From a virus, in UHGV virus genome UHGV-0373725: 35,336 nt of DNA; one strand, written 5' to 3'. Made by a program: the position numbers and the translations under genes. A model generated the notes under the pieces. The model was not told the DNA's origin and searched no databases. It saw nothing but the letters and a program-made list of their open reading frames with translations. Of this stretch, positions 1 through 6,844 are shown one piece after another; position 1 is the stretch's first letter; each line of letters opens with the position of its first letter.

Positions 1-54
1 TTAAAATCCCTCGGCGTTCGCGCTGTGCGGGTTCAAGTCCCGCTCCGGGTACCA
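1..54 (+). tRNA. tRNA-Leu, 3' portion only (anticodon loop to CCA end); 5' part lies left of the window; probable phage attachment site
   Basis: Sequence reads anticodon loop (tTAAaa, UAA anticodon), long class II variable arm, T-arm GCGGGTTCAAGTCCCGC, acceptor TCCGGGT and ACCA end; integrase gene directly adjacent. Confidence 0.75.
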
Positions 55-96
55 TTGGGATAAAGCAGAATAATCAAAGCAATAAGCAGTGTCGTG

Positions 97-121
97 AAAC
101 CACCTACGGGTGGTTTTTTTG
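97..121 (+). terminator. Intrinsic terminator-like hairpin plus T-run downstream of the tRNA
   Basis: AAACCACC-tac-GGGTGGTTT stem-loop followed by TTTTTTT. Confidence 0.5.
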
Positions 122-184
122 TATCTGAAACTCTCCTTTCCGAAGATGCGTCCGAAGATGATTTTTCAACGAACGCATAGCGAT

Positions 185-1201
185 TCATTTTTTCTGACCA
201 CCAACAACCGGCACAATTTTAGTTTTCCTGTCGTAAATCGCCGTTTGTCTCGAATTCTTATGGCCTGAAATCGCCTGTTTCTCCTCGAGGCTTCCTTCCA
301 GATCAGAGACACCTTTCGCTTTCAGATCGTGGAAAGTGAAATCTATCTGCAGGTGTGGGTTCTTTTCCTGCGCTGCGATTTTCGCGTCGCGCCAGCGTGA
401 ATTAAAACCGTCACGGGTGTATTTGCTGCCGCTGGTCTGGTGAATGACAAACAGGCTACGGATACCCGGCTTTAACGGCAGGGAACGGGCGAGGGCGACA
501 GCGGCGCGCAGGCGTGGCGACCATGCTTTGATTTGCTTCACGCCTGTTTTCCCCTGGCGGATAAAGATCCCGGTTTCGCGTATCTGGTCTTCAGTCAAAG
601 CCAGCACATCGCTTTGTCTGGCCAGACACAAATAAGCGATTTCCATGGTGGCGCGAACTACGTCTGGAGCAACATCGTAAACCGCTTTGTATTCTTCGTC
701 GGTGATGTAACGCTCCCGGGCTGCCTCTTTGAACTTCTTAACGCCCTGACAGGGATTATGCTGGACGTAACCCCGCTCATAACCCCAGCGGAATACCCGA
801 GAAAGAAAACTCTTTTCCCGGTTGGCCTGCGTTTTACTGGCCATGCCACGCTGATCCATATAGCGCCGGATGTGTTCCGGTTTAATTTTATCGGGGTTAA
901 CCTTCCCGAACACCGGCAACACTTTGCCTGCGTATTTCGTGTAGTCTTTGCGGGTTTCTGCCGCTAAATCCTGCCAGTCAGGGGAAGACATGAATTGATC
1001 GGCCAGAGCCTGAAACGTCTTGCGCTCGACTTCTTCTCCCATGGCTTTTTCATATGCCAGCCATACAGCTGATTGAGGCTCGGAGAGCGCACATAGCCTG
1101 ATAGCCTTGTTATCTTTATTCCTGAATTCATACGCCGCCTTACCGCGATACACGCGGGGCGGCATCCAGTTATCAGCGGGGTTCTTACGTTTTCCGGCCA
1201 T
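185..1201 (-). CDS. int: Phage integrase, tyrosine recombinase family
   Basis: 338-aa ORF; C-terminal half carries the R...H..R...Y catalytic pattern (ARQSD, HDLKAKG, HKNSRQTAIYDR); position beside the tRNA 3' end is typical of tRNA-targeting integrases. Confidence 0.9.
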   Translation of the reverse strand: MAGKRKNPADNWMPPRVYRGKAAYEFRNKDNKAIRLCALSEPQSAVWLAYEKAMGEEVERKTFQALADQFMSSPDWQDLAAETRKDYTKYAGKVLPVFGKVNPDKIKPEHIRRYMDQRGMASKTQANREKSFLSRVFRWGYERGYVQHNPCQGVKKFKEAARERYITDEEYKAVYDVAPDVVRATMEIAYLCLARQSDVLALTEDQIRETGIFIRQGKTGVKQIKAWSPRLRAAVALARSLPLKPGIRSLFVIHQTSGSKYTRDGFNSRWRDAKIAAQEKNPHLQIDFTFHDLKAKGVSDLEGSLEEKQAISGHKNSRQTAIYDRKTKIVPVVGGQKK

Positions 1202-1430
1202 TAAAGATAGCTCCGAAGTCTGGTTCTTCCTCCCGCACCGTCTCTTCCTGCTGGTTGCGGTATTTAATCGGGTTCAGGAAATGGCCCCACGTCGTTTTAG
1301 GATGGCCGTCTGCCCTTTCCATGAAAAAGACACCGGCCCGACGTAGCGCTTCACACTGCCTCGATTTAAGTGGGGTCCCCGTCAGTTCGATCATTTCCTC
1401 TCTGGTGATGATGTCGTGATCGTGTCTCAT
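1185..1430 (-). CDS. Putative excisionase / small DNA-binding protein
   Basis: 81-aa ORF immediately upstream of int with a 17-nt overlap; start codon sits in the conserved GAGGAAAGACC-ATG cassette; functional call is by position and size only. Confidence 0.45.
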   Translation of the reverse strand: MRHDHDIITREEMIELTGTPLKSRQCEALRRAGVFFMERADGHPKTTWGHFLNPIKYRNQQEETVREEEPDFGAIFNGRKT

Positions 1431-1441
1431 GGTCTTTCCTC
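1428..1441 (-). promoter_or_regulatory. Conserved translation-initiation cassette GAGGAAAGACC-ATG (variant lacking one A), at the excisionase-like gene
   Basis: Minus strand reads gctGAGGAAAGACCATG; same element recurs at 4541, 5102, 6609, 9249 and 17807. Confidence 0.6.
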
Positions 1442-1585
1442 AGCATGCCGGCTATCGCGTTGTCTGCCGTATCGCAAGCGCGTTGGATATCGGACTGGGT
1501 CAGAGTCCTCTTTCTAACGCTGGCTGATAGCCTGCCAATTTTGATATCGAAATCTGAAAGTAAAAGTGTGCCTGGTTGCCAACGT

Positions 1586-1624
1586 AGCATTGTGATCTCC
1601 GGTTCATAGGTAGATCACAATGCT
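1586..1624. repeat. Perfect 13-bp inverted repeat AGCATTGTGATCT / AGATCACAATGCT with a 13-nt spacer, intergenic
   Basis: Read directly; no flanking T-run on either strand, so it looks like a protein-binding site rather than a terminator. Confidence 0.7.
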
Positions 1625-1639
1625 AACGACAGTTGCGAG

Positions 1640-1825
1640 TTATTTCTGATTAGGCTTAATCAGGTTTGGTTTATTCCGGAACGCGCCATTTTCGCGGGTG
1701 ATTTTGGCACTGCGCGGAAAATGCATAGCCAGTTCACAACGCGCGCAGGCTTCGATTATCCCGTTAGTACCGTCCGGAAAAACGACGTGAAGCGCGTCGC
1801 CTCGTTTCAGTGTGAGTTTCAGCAT
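1640..1825 (-). CDS. Small hypothetical prophage protein (DUF4222-like, tentative)
   Basis: 61 aa from the internal Met (MLKLTLKRGDALHVVFPDGT...); start lies 1 nt after the upstream gene's stop (TGAtATG). Confidence 0.5.
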   Translation of the reverse strand: MLKLTLKRGDALHVVFPDGTNGIIEACARCELAMHFPRSAKITRENGAFRNKPNLIKPNQK

Positions 1826-1826
1826 A

Positions 1827-2393
1827 TCAGCGCACCTGCAGCGAACGTTCGCCAATCTCAAGGTGAGCGCCCGGCACTGGGTTTAACAGTTCTTCCGGTA
1901 TCTCTCCGCCGTCAGCGGTAATCTGGGCCGCCGCTGCCTGTGCTGATTCAATCGCTTCCTTGATGGCTTTCTTGTCCGGAGTGACTAACGTCTGAACTGT
2001 CACTAATTCATCCGGCAGTAATTCATCATTATCGATCACGACGTTTATAGCTCCCTTACGTGCGGTAAAGGTATTTTTGGCGGTTTTAACCGTATCCTGA
2101 CCGGCGGCCAGTAGACACTGGAGAACATATTTCTTCAGGTTCGTGATCTTACCTTCGAATGATTTTTTGCGGGCGGCAAGGCGTTTGGCCTCTTCATCGC
2201 AGGTTTTTGCCAGGCCTTCCAGATTGCGAACGTGGACGAAAACGGCATCCAGTTTATCGCCGAGTTGTAACTCAAGACCTTCCATTGTGTCGGCGATCAT
2301 TTCAGGAGACAGACCAGCACCGTCTTCGTTTTCCAGTAGTGCCTGGAGTTTTGACATATCGGCTGCGATAGCAATTGCAGTGGTGGAAGTCAT
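1827..2393 (-). CDS. Siphovirus Gp157-family protein (recombination-module accessory protein)
   Basis: 188 aa, acidic helical N-terminus, family-like composition; ATGA start/stop overlap with the upstream annealing-protein gene, so co-transcribed. Confidence 0.55.
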   Translation of the reverse strand: MTSTTAIAIAADMSKLQALLENEDGAGLSPEMIADTMEGLELQLGDKLDAVFVHVRNLEGLAKTCDEEAKRLAARKKSFEGKITNLKKYVLQCLLAAGQDTVKTAKNTFTARKGAINVVIDNDELLPDELVTVQTLVTPDKKAIKEAIESAQAAAAQITADGGEIPEELLNPVPGAHLEIGERSLQVR

Positions 2394-4543
2394 TATGCTT
2401 TCTCCTCGGCTTTATTCAGTTCTTTAATGCGCCCATCTTTGATGGAGATGAGTCGGCGGAGCCGGCCAGACAGATAACGTTCATGCTGCGTGTCGCCGTT
2501 GGCCTGGGCGGCTTTAATGTGAACATCGATCTCACGTGCGATAGGGGAAAACACACCGTTGATTTCGTTCACCGTCACGCCATGCGCCAGGGTATTAGCA
2601 ACGCGGCTTAATTTATCGTCAAACTCCTGGCGGAGCCGTGCTGCATCTTCGGCTGATTCGCTGGCGTTCTTCAGGTCAAACTCGGCCTTGTTCTTCTGGC
2701 GGTACTCCAGATTGTCGTAAAGCCCCATAAAGATATCGCCACTGAATCCGAGGCCGGATAACGCTTTTTTGGTCGCATCTGTCAGTGATTTTTTGGCTGC
2801 TTCGCCGTCGCAGGTGATCCCGTATTTACTACCGTAAATGTAGGGTGTACAGCCGTATGCTGTTTCCTCACCTCGTACTCCGTTCAGGATGTACCAGAGC
2901 CGGACAGTCACAACATGGTGCTGTTCGTTGACGGTATTACCATTCCCATCAAGAACCAGCTCCCACGATGCGTTGTTGTCTTTGCCTTTTACCTGCCGAG
3001 TGATCGGCGCGCCAATATCGAAACGCTCTTCAACAATATCCACGCCCCAGCCGATGCCCTTAGGGCCAAACTCACGTGTGGCAAGCATGGTCATGTAGGT
3101 ACCGTTGATCGAGGTGCCACCGCCGTTCTGTGTGAAAGCCTTAGTAAACCTTTCGTCGGTTTTAAATACGCGTTTCCAGAGGTCTAAATTGTCTTCCCCG
3201 ATAATTGGTTTTCCGACAGCCTGCACAACATCCTCAGCGTTAGGCAGGCTTTCAGCGTGAGCGATTTGTTTTGCTAAACGCTCGGAATCATCAGCCAGTT
3301 TTTCAGCCTTAACGCTTAACTTCTCTTCCGGCTCTGCACCTTCACCAGAGGCATATACGCCATAACCCATATCATTGAGCGTCTCACGCGCCTGTTTGGC
3401 CTGAGTGTCGGTTACAACCGGCTGCTGCGCTTCCACTTTTTCGCCCACGTTTGAGGCGGTATTTTGCGTCGCCTCTGGTTGTTTAACGGATCCTGTCTCG
3501 GTTTCCTCAAAGCGACCGTTGGCCGCCAGCCATGAATCGATATGGCGGCGCAGGCTGTCAGGGAAATGGTAGGTATCTTTCGCCGGTACGTTTTGTACCA
3601 CGCCGAAGATGCTGGCACGGTCGTATTTGAGTATCTGCGGCGTGGTGTGCAGCGATGCTGACCAGCGTTTAAAATCTTCCCGGTCATCGGAAATCATCTT
3701 CTTAGCGTCCAGAAGGTTTCCGGATAGTACCGGCGCATCAGGCGCCAGCGGGAGAAGGGCGGTAGCGATCTCCTGATCCAGCGTTGCATAAGTGTGTTTA
3801 TACCCGCGCTTAGAAATTACCACGGGTGTTTTATCATCGGTGCTGGTGCTGAGAGCGGTATTTTTATATACGCCGGGGGCCAGTTCGTCGCGCTTGCCCG
3901 GATTCTCAAGCCAGCGTTTAACGAACTGAGAGATAGCCGCTTTGCCCGGCGTCTGGTTTTCAAAGTGGGAGAAAATACCCTGAATAAGATTGTTCAGACC
4001 TTCCACATGCATGCTTTGAACCGGGAAGTTATTTTGCAGGGCGCACAGAACATTAAAGTTAAAGCGATCTTCCTCTTCAAATTCCCCATCGTGGTTTTTC
4101 AGATTATCCAGATAATCCACAACCTGAGAATAAAGATGGCCATCAATCGCCGCGGTGCTAAAAAGCAGGACGGCAGCAAAGCGTTCATCAGGGGAAACGG
4201 TCATCAGGTCGATCACTTCATCGTCGGCTGGTAAACCTGCACCACTTCCGGAAGCGCTATCCTGCGCAGTAGAAACCCATTTTTCACCGTCAAAAGTATG
4301 CTGCTGGGCGAATGACTCATCGAACTGGCCAACGGTCGGCAGCGGCTGGCCTTCAACGTGTTCCCACAGTTTCGGTTTGAAATAGTTGTCACCATTGGCC
4401 GGGTATGATTCCCAGAGTTTGCCGGTCATAATGCTTTCGGCCACTTTTTTGTTTGGCGCATCGATGGCGATCGCCAGCTGCACGGCGCCGCAGTCTTTAA
4501 TCGCCGATTTCTTTGGCTCAAATGAGCCGTTGTAGATGGTCAT
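2393..4543 (-). CDS. Large (716 aa) protein with a C-terminal Rad52-like single-strand annealing domain and an uncharacterised ~450-aa N-terminal region
   Basis: Residues ~470-640 show the Rad52/Sak-type pattern (FGPKGIGWG, beta-hairpin VVTVRLWYILNG, AKKSLTDATKKALSGLGFSG compared with human Rad52 ARKEAVTDGLKRALRSFG). Start set at Met12, which sits in the conserved cassette (gaggaaagaccaATGACCATC). Confidence 0.6.
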   Translation of the reverse strand: MTIYNGSFEPKKSAIKDCGAVQLAIAIDAPNKKVAESIMTGKLWESYPANGDNYFKPKLWEHVEGQPLPTVGQFDESFAQQHTFDGEKWVSTAQDSASGSGAGLPADDEVIDLMTVSPDERFAAVLLFSTAAIDGHLYSQVVDYLDNLKNHDGEFEEEDRFNFNVLCALQNNFPVQSMHVEGLNNLIQGIFSHFENQTPGKAAISQFVKRWLENPGKRDELAPGVYKNTALSTSTDDKTPVVISKRGYKHTYATLDQEIATALLPLAPDAPVLSGNLLDAKKMISDDREDFKRWSASLHTTPQILKYDRASIFGVVQNVPAKDTYHFPDSLRRHIDSWLAANGRFEETETGSVKQPEATQNTASNVGEKVEAQQPVVTDTQAKQARETLNDMGYGVYASGEGAEPEEKLSVKAEKLADDSERLAKQIAHAESLPNAEDVVQAVGKPIIGEDNLDLWKRVFKTDERFTKAFTQNGGGTSINGTYMTMLATREFGPKGIGWGVDIVEERFDIGAPITRQVKGKDNNASWELVLDGNGNTVNEQHHVVTVRLWYILNGVRGEETAYGCTPYIYGSKYGITCDGEAAKKSLTDATKKALSGLGFSGDIFMGLYDNLEYRQKNKAEFDLKNASESAEDAARLRQEFDDKLSRVANTLAHGVTVNEINGVFSPIAREIDVHIKAAQANGDTQHERYLSGRLRRLISIKDGRIKELNKAEEKA

Positions 4544-4555
4544 TGGTCTTTCCTC
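4541..4555 (-). promoter_or_regulatory. Conserved translation-initiation cassette GAGGAAAGACCAATG at the annealing-protein gene, preceded by a GGCGC-gtgacct-GCGCC hairpin
   Basis: Read directly on the minus strand. Confidence 0.6.
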
Positions 4556-4587
4556 TTGGTTACTGGCGCAGGTCACGCGCCGGTTAA

Positions 4588-4911
4588 TTAAAACGGTACG
4601 TCGCTTTCTTCAATTGGAGAGTGATCGATGCACAGCAGCTGCTGAATCTGGTCTTCAATAACACCCAGCTCCTTCTTTGCTTCGGCAGAGATTTTCTCTT
4701 TCTTCGCACGAAGGGCATTAACCTGCATACCAATAATGTCGATTGGCTCTAAAGCTGGAATGGCAACCTCTACCGTTTTGGTAGTAACGAGGACATACAG
4801 ATCAGGGTATTGCTGTGACATGTCACAGGTGAATGAGTGATAAGACGTTGGTAGATATGGTTTGGTTGTGGCCATAACGTAAATAGTTACGGGGATGGTA
4901 AGCGCTTCCAT
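4588..4911 (-). CDS. Hypothetical early protein (107 aa) with an acidic C-terminal tail ending ...IEESDVPF
   Basis: Good Shine-Dalgarno (AAGGAGtcgctATG); first gene of the leftward early operon. Confidence 0.6.
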   Translation of the reverse strand: MEALTIPVTIYVMATTKPYLPTSYHSFTCDMSQQYPDLYVLVTTKTVEVAIPALEPIDIIGMQVNALRAKKEKISAEAKKELGVIEDQIQQLLCIDHSPIEESDVPF

Positions 4912-4973
4912 AGCGACTCCTTGATGATATATACTCAGAGCCGATCAGCGGCTCTGTCGTTGGTCTTTCCTCG

Positions 4974-4995
4974 CTACAGGGTTGGTCCCCTGTAG
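4974..4995. promoter_or_regulatory. Hairpin CTACAGG-gttggtcc-CCTGTAG next to a degenerate copy of the cassette (GAGGAAAGACCAAcg, no start codon)
   Basis: 7-bp perfect stem read directly; adjacent motif at 4960-4972. Confidence 0.5.
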
Positions 4996-5029
4996 CATTC
5001 TGGGCGGTTTGGTCACTGTCCCGGGTAAA

Positions 5030-5104
5030 TTAGCCCACTTCGGTGGGCTTTTTTACGCCTGAAGGTTGCCGGTCTTTCCCGGCTGTCAGGGTGGTCAGCC
5101 CCAT
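5030..5104 (-). CDS. Possible 24-codon mini-ORF (MGLTTLTAGKDRQPSGVKKPTEVG) behind a perfect copy of the cassette
   Basis: gaggaaagaccaATG at 5102-5116 on the minus strand followed by an open frame to TAA; too short for the ORF track; could be a leader peptide or fortuitous. Confidence 0.2.
   Translation of the reverse strand: MGLTTLTAGKDRQPSGVKKPTEVG
5032..5055 (+). terminator. Strong intrinsic terminator on the plus strand (7-bp stem, UUCG tetraloop, T-run) with no plus-strand gene upstream
   Basis: AGCCCAC-ttcg-GTGGGCT followed by TTTTTT. Confidence 0.55.
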
Positions 5105-5262
5105 TGGTCTTTCCTCGTTACTGCGTGAATGCTTTAAAAAAATGCCCGGGGCGCCCGGGCCAAGACTACACACAGCAATTCGTATTCGTTGCGGTCTTTC
5201 CCGCATGTCATCGTACTGTCGGCGACCCGAAGAATTCGCGCCCGTCTTTCCGGACTGTCAGA
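5068..5262 (-). repeat. Three ~20-nt direct repeats, each a short hairpin with a GAAAGA loop (minus-strand sense) and a different but complementary stem
   Basis: Plus strand: GCCGG-TCTTTC-CCGGC (5068-5083), TGCGG-TCTTTC-CCGCA (5189-5204), CCG-TCTTTC-CGG (5244-5255); each followed by a TGTCA(G) box. Confidence 0.65.
5136..5160 (-). terminator. Intrinsic terminator for leftward transcription
   Basis: GCCCGGG-gcg-CCCGGGC stem-loop preceded on the plus strand by AAAAAAA, which is a U-run after the hairpin on the minus strand. Confidence 0.55.
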
Positions 5263-5374
5263 ACTGTTTCTGAACAACTGCCGCGTGGTTAGTGCGTCTT
5301 TGATGTGGTGAAGCATAACCAAAGGTATTTTTATTGGCAATGTTTTTTACTAACAAAAGTTAATATTAGAGGTG

Positions 5375-5420
5375 TAAAAAAAGGCAATGCATTGAAAACA
5401 TTGCCTTTAATTTATTTTTT
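5375..5420 (-). terminator. Terminator immediately downstream of the repressor gene (hairpin flanked by A-run and T-run, possibly bidirectional)
   Basis: AAGGCAATG-cattgaaaa-CATTGCCTT with flanking A7 and T-rich runs. Confidence 0.55.
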
Positions 5421-5825
5421 TGGAGTGTTTTTTTTCTTTTTTACCAAAAGTAACTCATCAAACAATCGCTGGAATCCGTCAACTTTATCTTTCAACTCAT
5501 TGATATGTCTATCTTTTTCTGATTCAGGTAGAGAATCAAAAAGATCAAGCAGTAGCTTTTGGCGATCATCTAACCGAGGTAAAAGCTCTTCTGCCTTCAA
5601 CGGTTCATCGCTATCGGTACCGTTAAGTAACCATGTCGGAGAGCAACGAAGAGCCTCAGCGAGAGAAAACAGATTTTGCCCTTTTGGGGTGTTAATACCT
5701 GCTTCCCACTTGTAAACGCTGACGCCAGATATGCCAACGGCATCGGCGAGCTGCTGTTGTGTCAAACCAAGCTCTTTCCGTCTCGATGTAATGCGATCGT
5801 TAAAGGTCAATTTTTTCATATCCAT
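5412..5825 (-). CDS. Phage repressor, XRE-family helix-turn-helix (CI / RacR-like); no LexA-type S24 peptidase domain
   Basis: 137 aa; HTH LTQQQLADAVGISGVSVYKWEAG; divergent from a Cro-like gene; no Shine-Dalgarno, TATATT immediately upstream of the ATG (possible leaderless mRNA). Confidence 0.8.
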   Translation of the reverse strand: MDMKKLTFNDRITSRRKELGLTQQQLADAVGISGVSVYKWEAGINTPKGQNLFSLAEALRCSPTWLLNGTDSDEPLKAEELLPRLDDRQKLLLDLFDSLPESEKDRHINELKDKVDGFQRLFDELLLVKKKKNTPKK

Positions 5826-5893
5826 AATATAAGTTAACTTGACATAACTTTCGTTAGTATTTATGTTCCTAACTGACGTTAGGAGAGGAAACT
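5826..5893. promoter_or_regulatory. Divergent promoter/operator region of the immunity switch
   Basis: Plus-strand -35 TTGACA (5839-5844) with a -10-like TATGTT 17 bp downstream; palindrome CCTAAC-tgac-GTTAGG (5868-5883) and a further CGTTAG half-site (5852-5857). Confidence 0.5.
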
Positions 5894-6091
5894 ATGAAGA
5901 CCGAAACTGTTATCAGATTTTTTGGAACTAAAACCGCTGTTGCGCGTGCATTAGGTATCTCTCAAGTCGCTGTAACCCGCTGGGGGACTGTTGTTCCTGA
6001 AAAGCGAGCTGCGCGACTTGAGCATGTAACCGCGGGCGCCTTGAAGTACGACCCTACTTTTTACGAAGAGCAAAACACGTCTAAAGCATAA
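5894..6091 (+). CDS. Cro-like / YdaS-like HTH regulator
   Basis: 65 aa, HTH TKTAVARALGISQVAVTRWG; first gene of the rightward operon; Shine-Dalgarno AGGAGAGG. Confidence 0.7.
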   Translation: MKTETVIRFFGTKTAVARALGISQVAVTRWGTVVPEKRAARLEHVTAGALKYDPTFYEEQNTSKA

Positions 6092-6153
6092 CTACAGGCG
6101 TTATCGAAATCTGATTACGCTTAATCAATTTTCAGCGACAGGAGACGCTCGAA

Positions 6154-6600
6154 GTGGAATACCTCGAAGAACTTAAACGAGAGATCTTTAACTGGGCAGC
6201 GGAAAGCGGGCAGGAGCTGGTTGCTATCGAGATAAGCCGCATGTGGTTTCGTCTTGGTGGTAATACCGGTTCGCTGAAGCTGCACCAGATCGAAGATGCA
6301 GATGGAAACGCCGACTGGCGGGCAATCAACAACAACCGCCAACAAATTTTTCGTTGGTTGCGAGGCGAGACCAAAGCCGCGAGAGCCAAAACTCTGGCGC
6401 TGGTCAAAGCGATGGAAGCGGCGCTGCCGGCAGAACGTTACGCGCGCTTGGGTATGTCCACCCAGTATTTAATTTGTGTGGCCATTCGTGAGTTTGCCGC
6501 GGCGATTATCGCGTTATTACTCGACGCCAGAGACGGGCCGCAGCAAGTCGCCAGAGCATTGCAAGCTATGCGAGAAACACAGCGCCTGACCAGCGTTTAA
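6154..6600 (+). CDS. CII-like / YdaT-family regulator (tentative)
   Basis: 148 aa, GTG start with CAGGAG Shine-Dalgarno; position after the Cro-like gene and motif ...FRWLRGETK... recalled from YdaT-like proteins. Confidence 0.5.
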   Translation: MEYLEELKREIFNWAAESGQELVAIEISRMWFRLGGNTGSLKLHQIEDADGNADWRAINNNRQQIFRWLRGETKAARAKTLALVKAMEAALPAERYARLGMSTQYLICVAIREFAAAIIALLLDARDGPQQVARALQAMRETQRLTSV

Positions 6601-6608
6601 CCTGTACC

Positions 6609-6623
6609 GAGGAAAGACCAATG
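6609..6623 (+). promoter_or_regulatory. Conserved translation-initiation cassette GAGGAAAGACCAATG, preceded by a GCGCctgaccaGCG hairpin and TTAACC
   Basis: Read directly; identical 15-mer at 9249 and 17807. Confidence 0.6.
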
Positions 6624-6842
6624 AGAACACAAGACCGCATCACCTGGCGGAACGGGTTTCGCCGGAACGGGGTACAAGTCCCGATGGAAGATATCGAATC
6701 GATTTTCGAGGAACGTCGCGCTACTGCGCTGACAATCTGGGAACGCTACGAACTGCGCAAGGCAGACCTGCAGGAAGCGGGACTTACCCAGAAAGAATAC
6801 GAAATCGCCTGCCGTCAGCTGGCTGACTCGCTGGGGATCTGA
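6621..6842 (+). CDS. Hypothetical protein (73 aa)
   Basis: ORF starting in the conserved cassette; no recognisable motif. Confidence 0.5.
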   Translation: MRTQDRITWRNGFRRNGVQVPMEDIESIFEERRATALTIWERYELRKADLQEAGLTQKEYEIACRQLADSLGI

Positions 6843-6844
6843 GT

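Noticed and set aside
1366-1590. 74-aa minus-strand ORF overlapping the excisionase-like gene
   Set aside because: Overlaps the 5' end of the excisionase-like gene in another frame, has no Shine-Dalgarno, and the non-overlapping part is better explained as non-coding sequence next to the 13-bp inverted repeat.
4958-5262. Possible CRISPR-like array (repeated GGTCTTTCC units)
   Set aside because: Repeats are short (9-20 nt), irregularly spaced (about 35 to 120 bp) and not separated by uniform spacers, and no cas genes are present; better explained as regulatory hairpin repeats.
5305-5715. 136-aa plus-strand ORF across the repressor gene and terminator region
   Set aside because: Antisense to the HTH repressor; its N-terminal part is translated from poly-T/AT-rich terminator sequence (FFFFF run).
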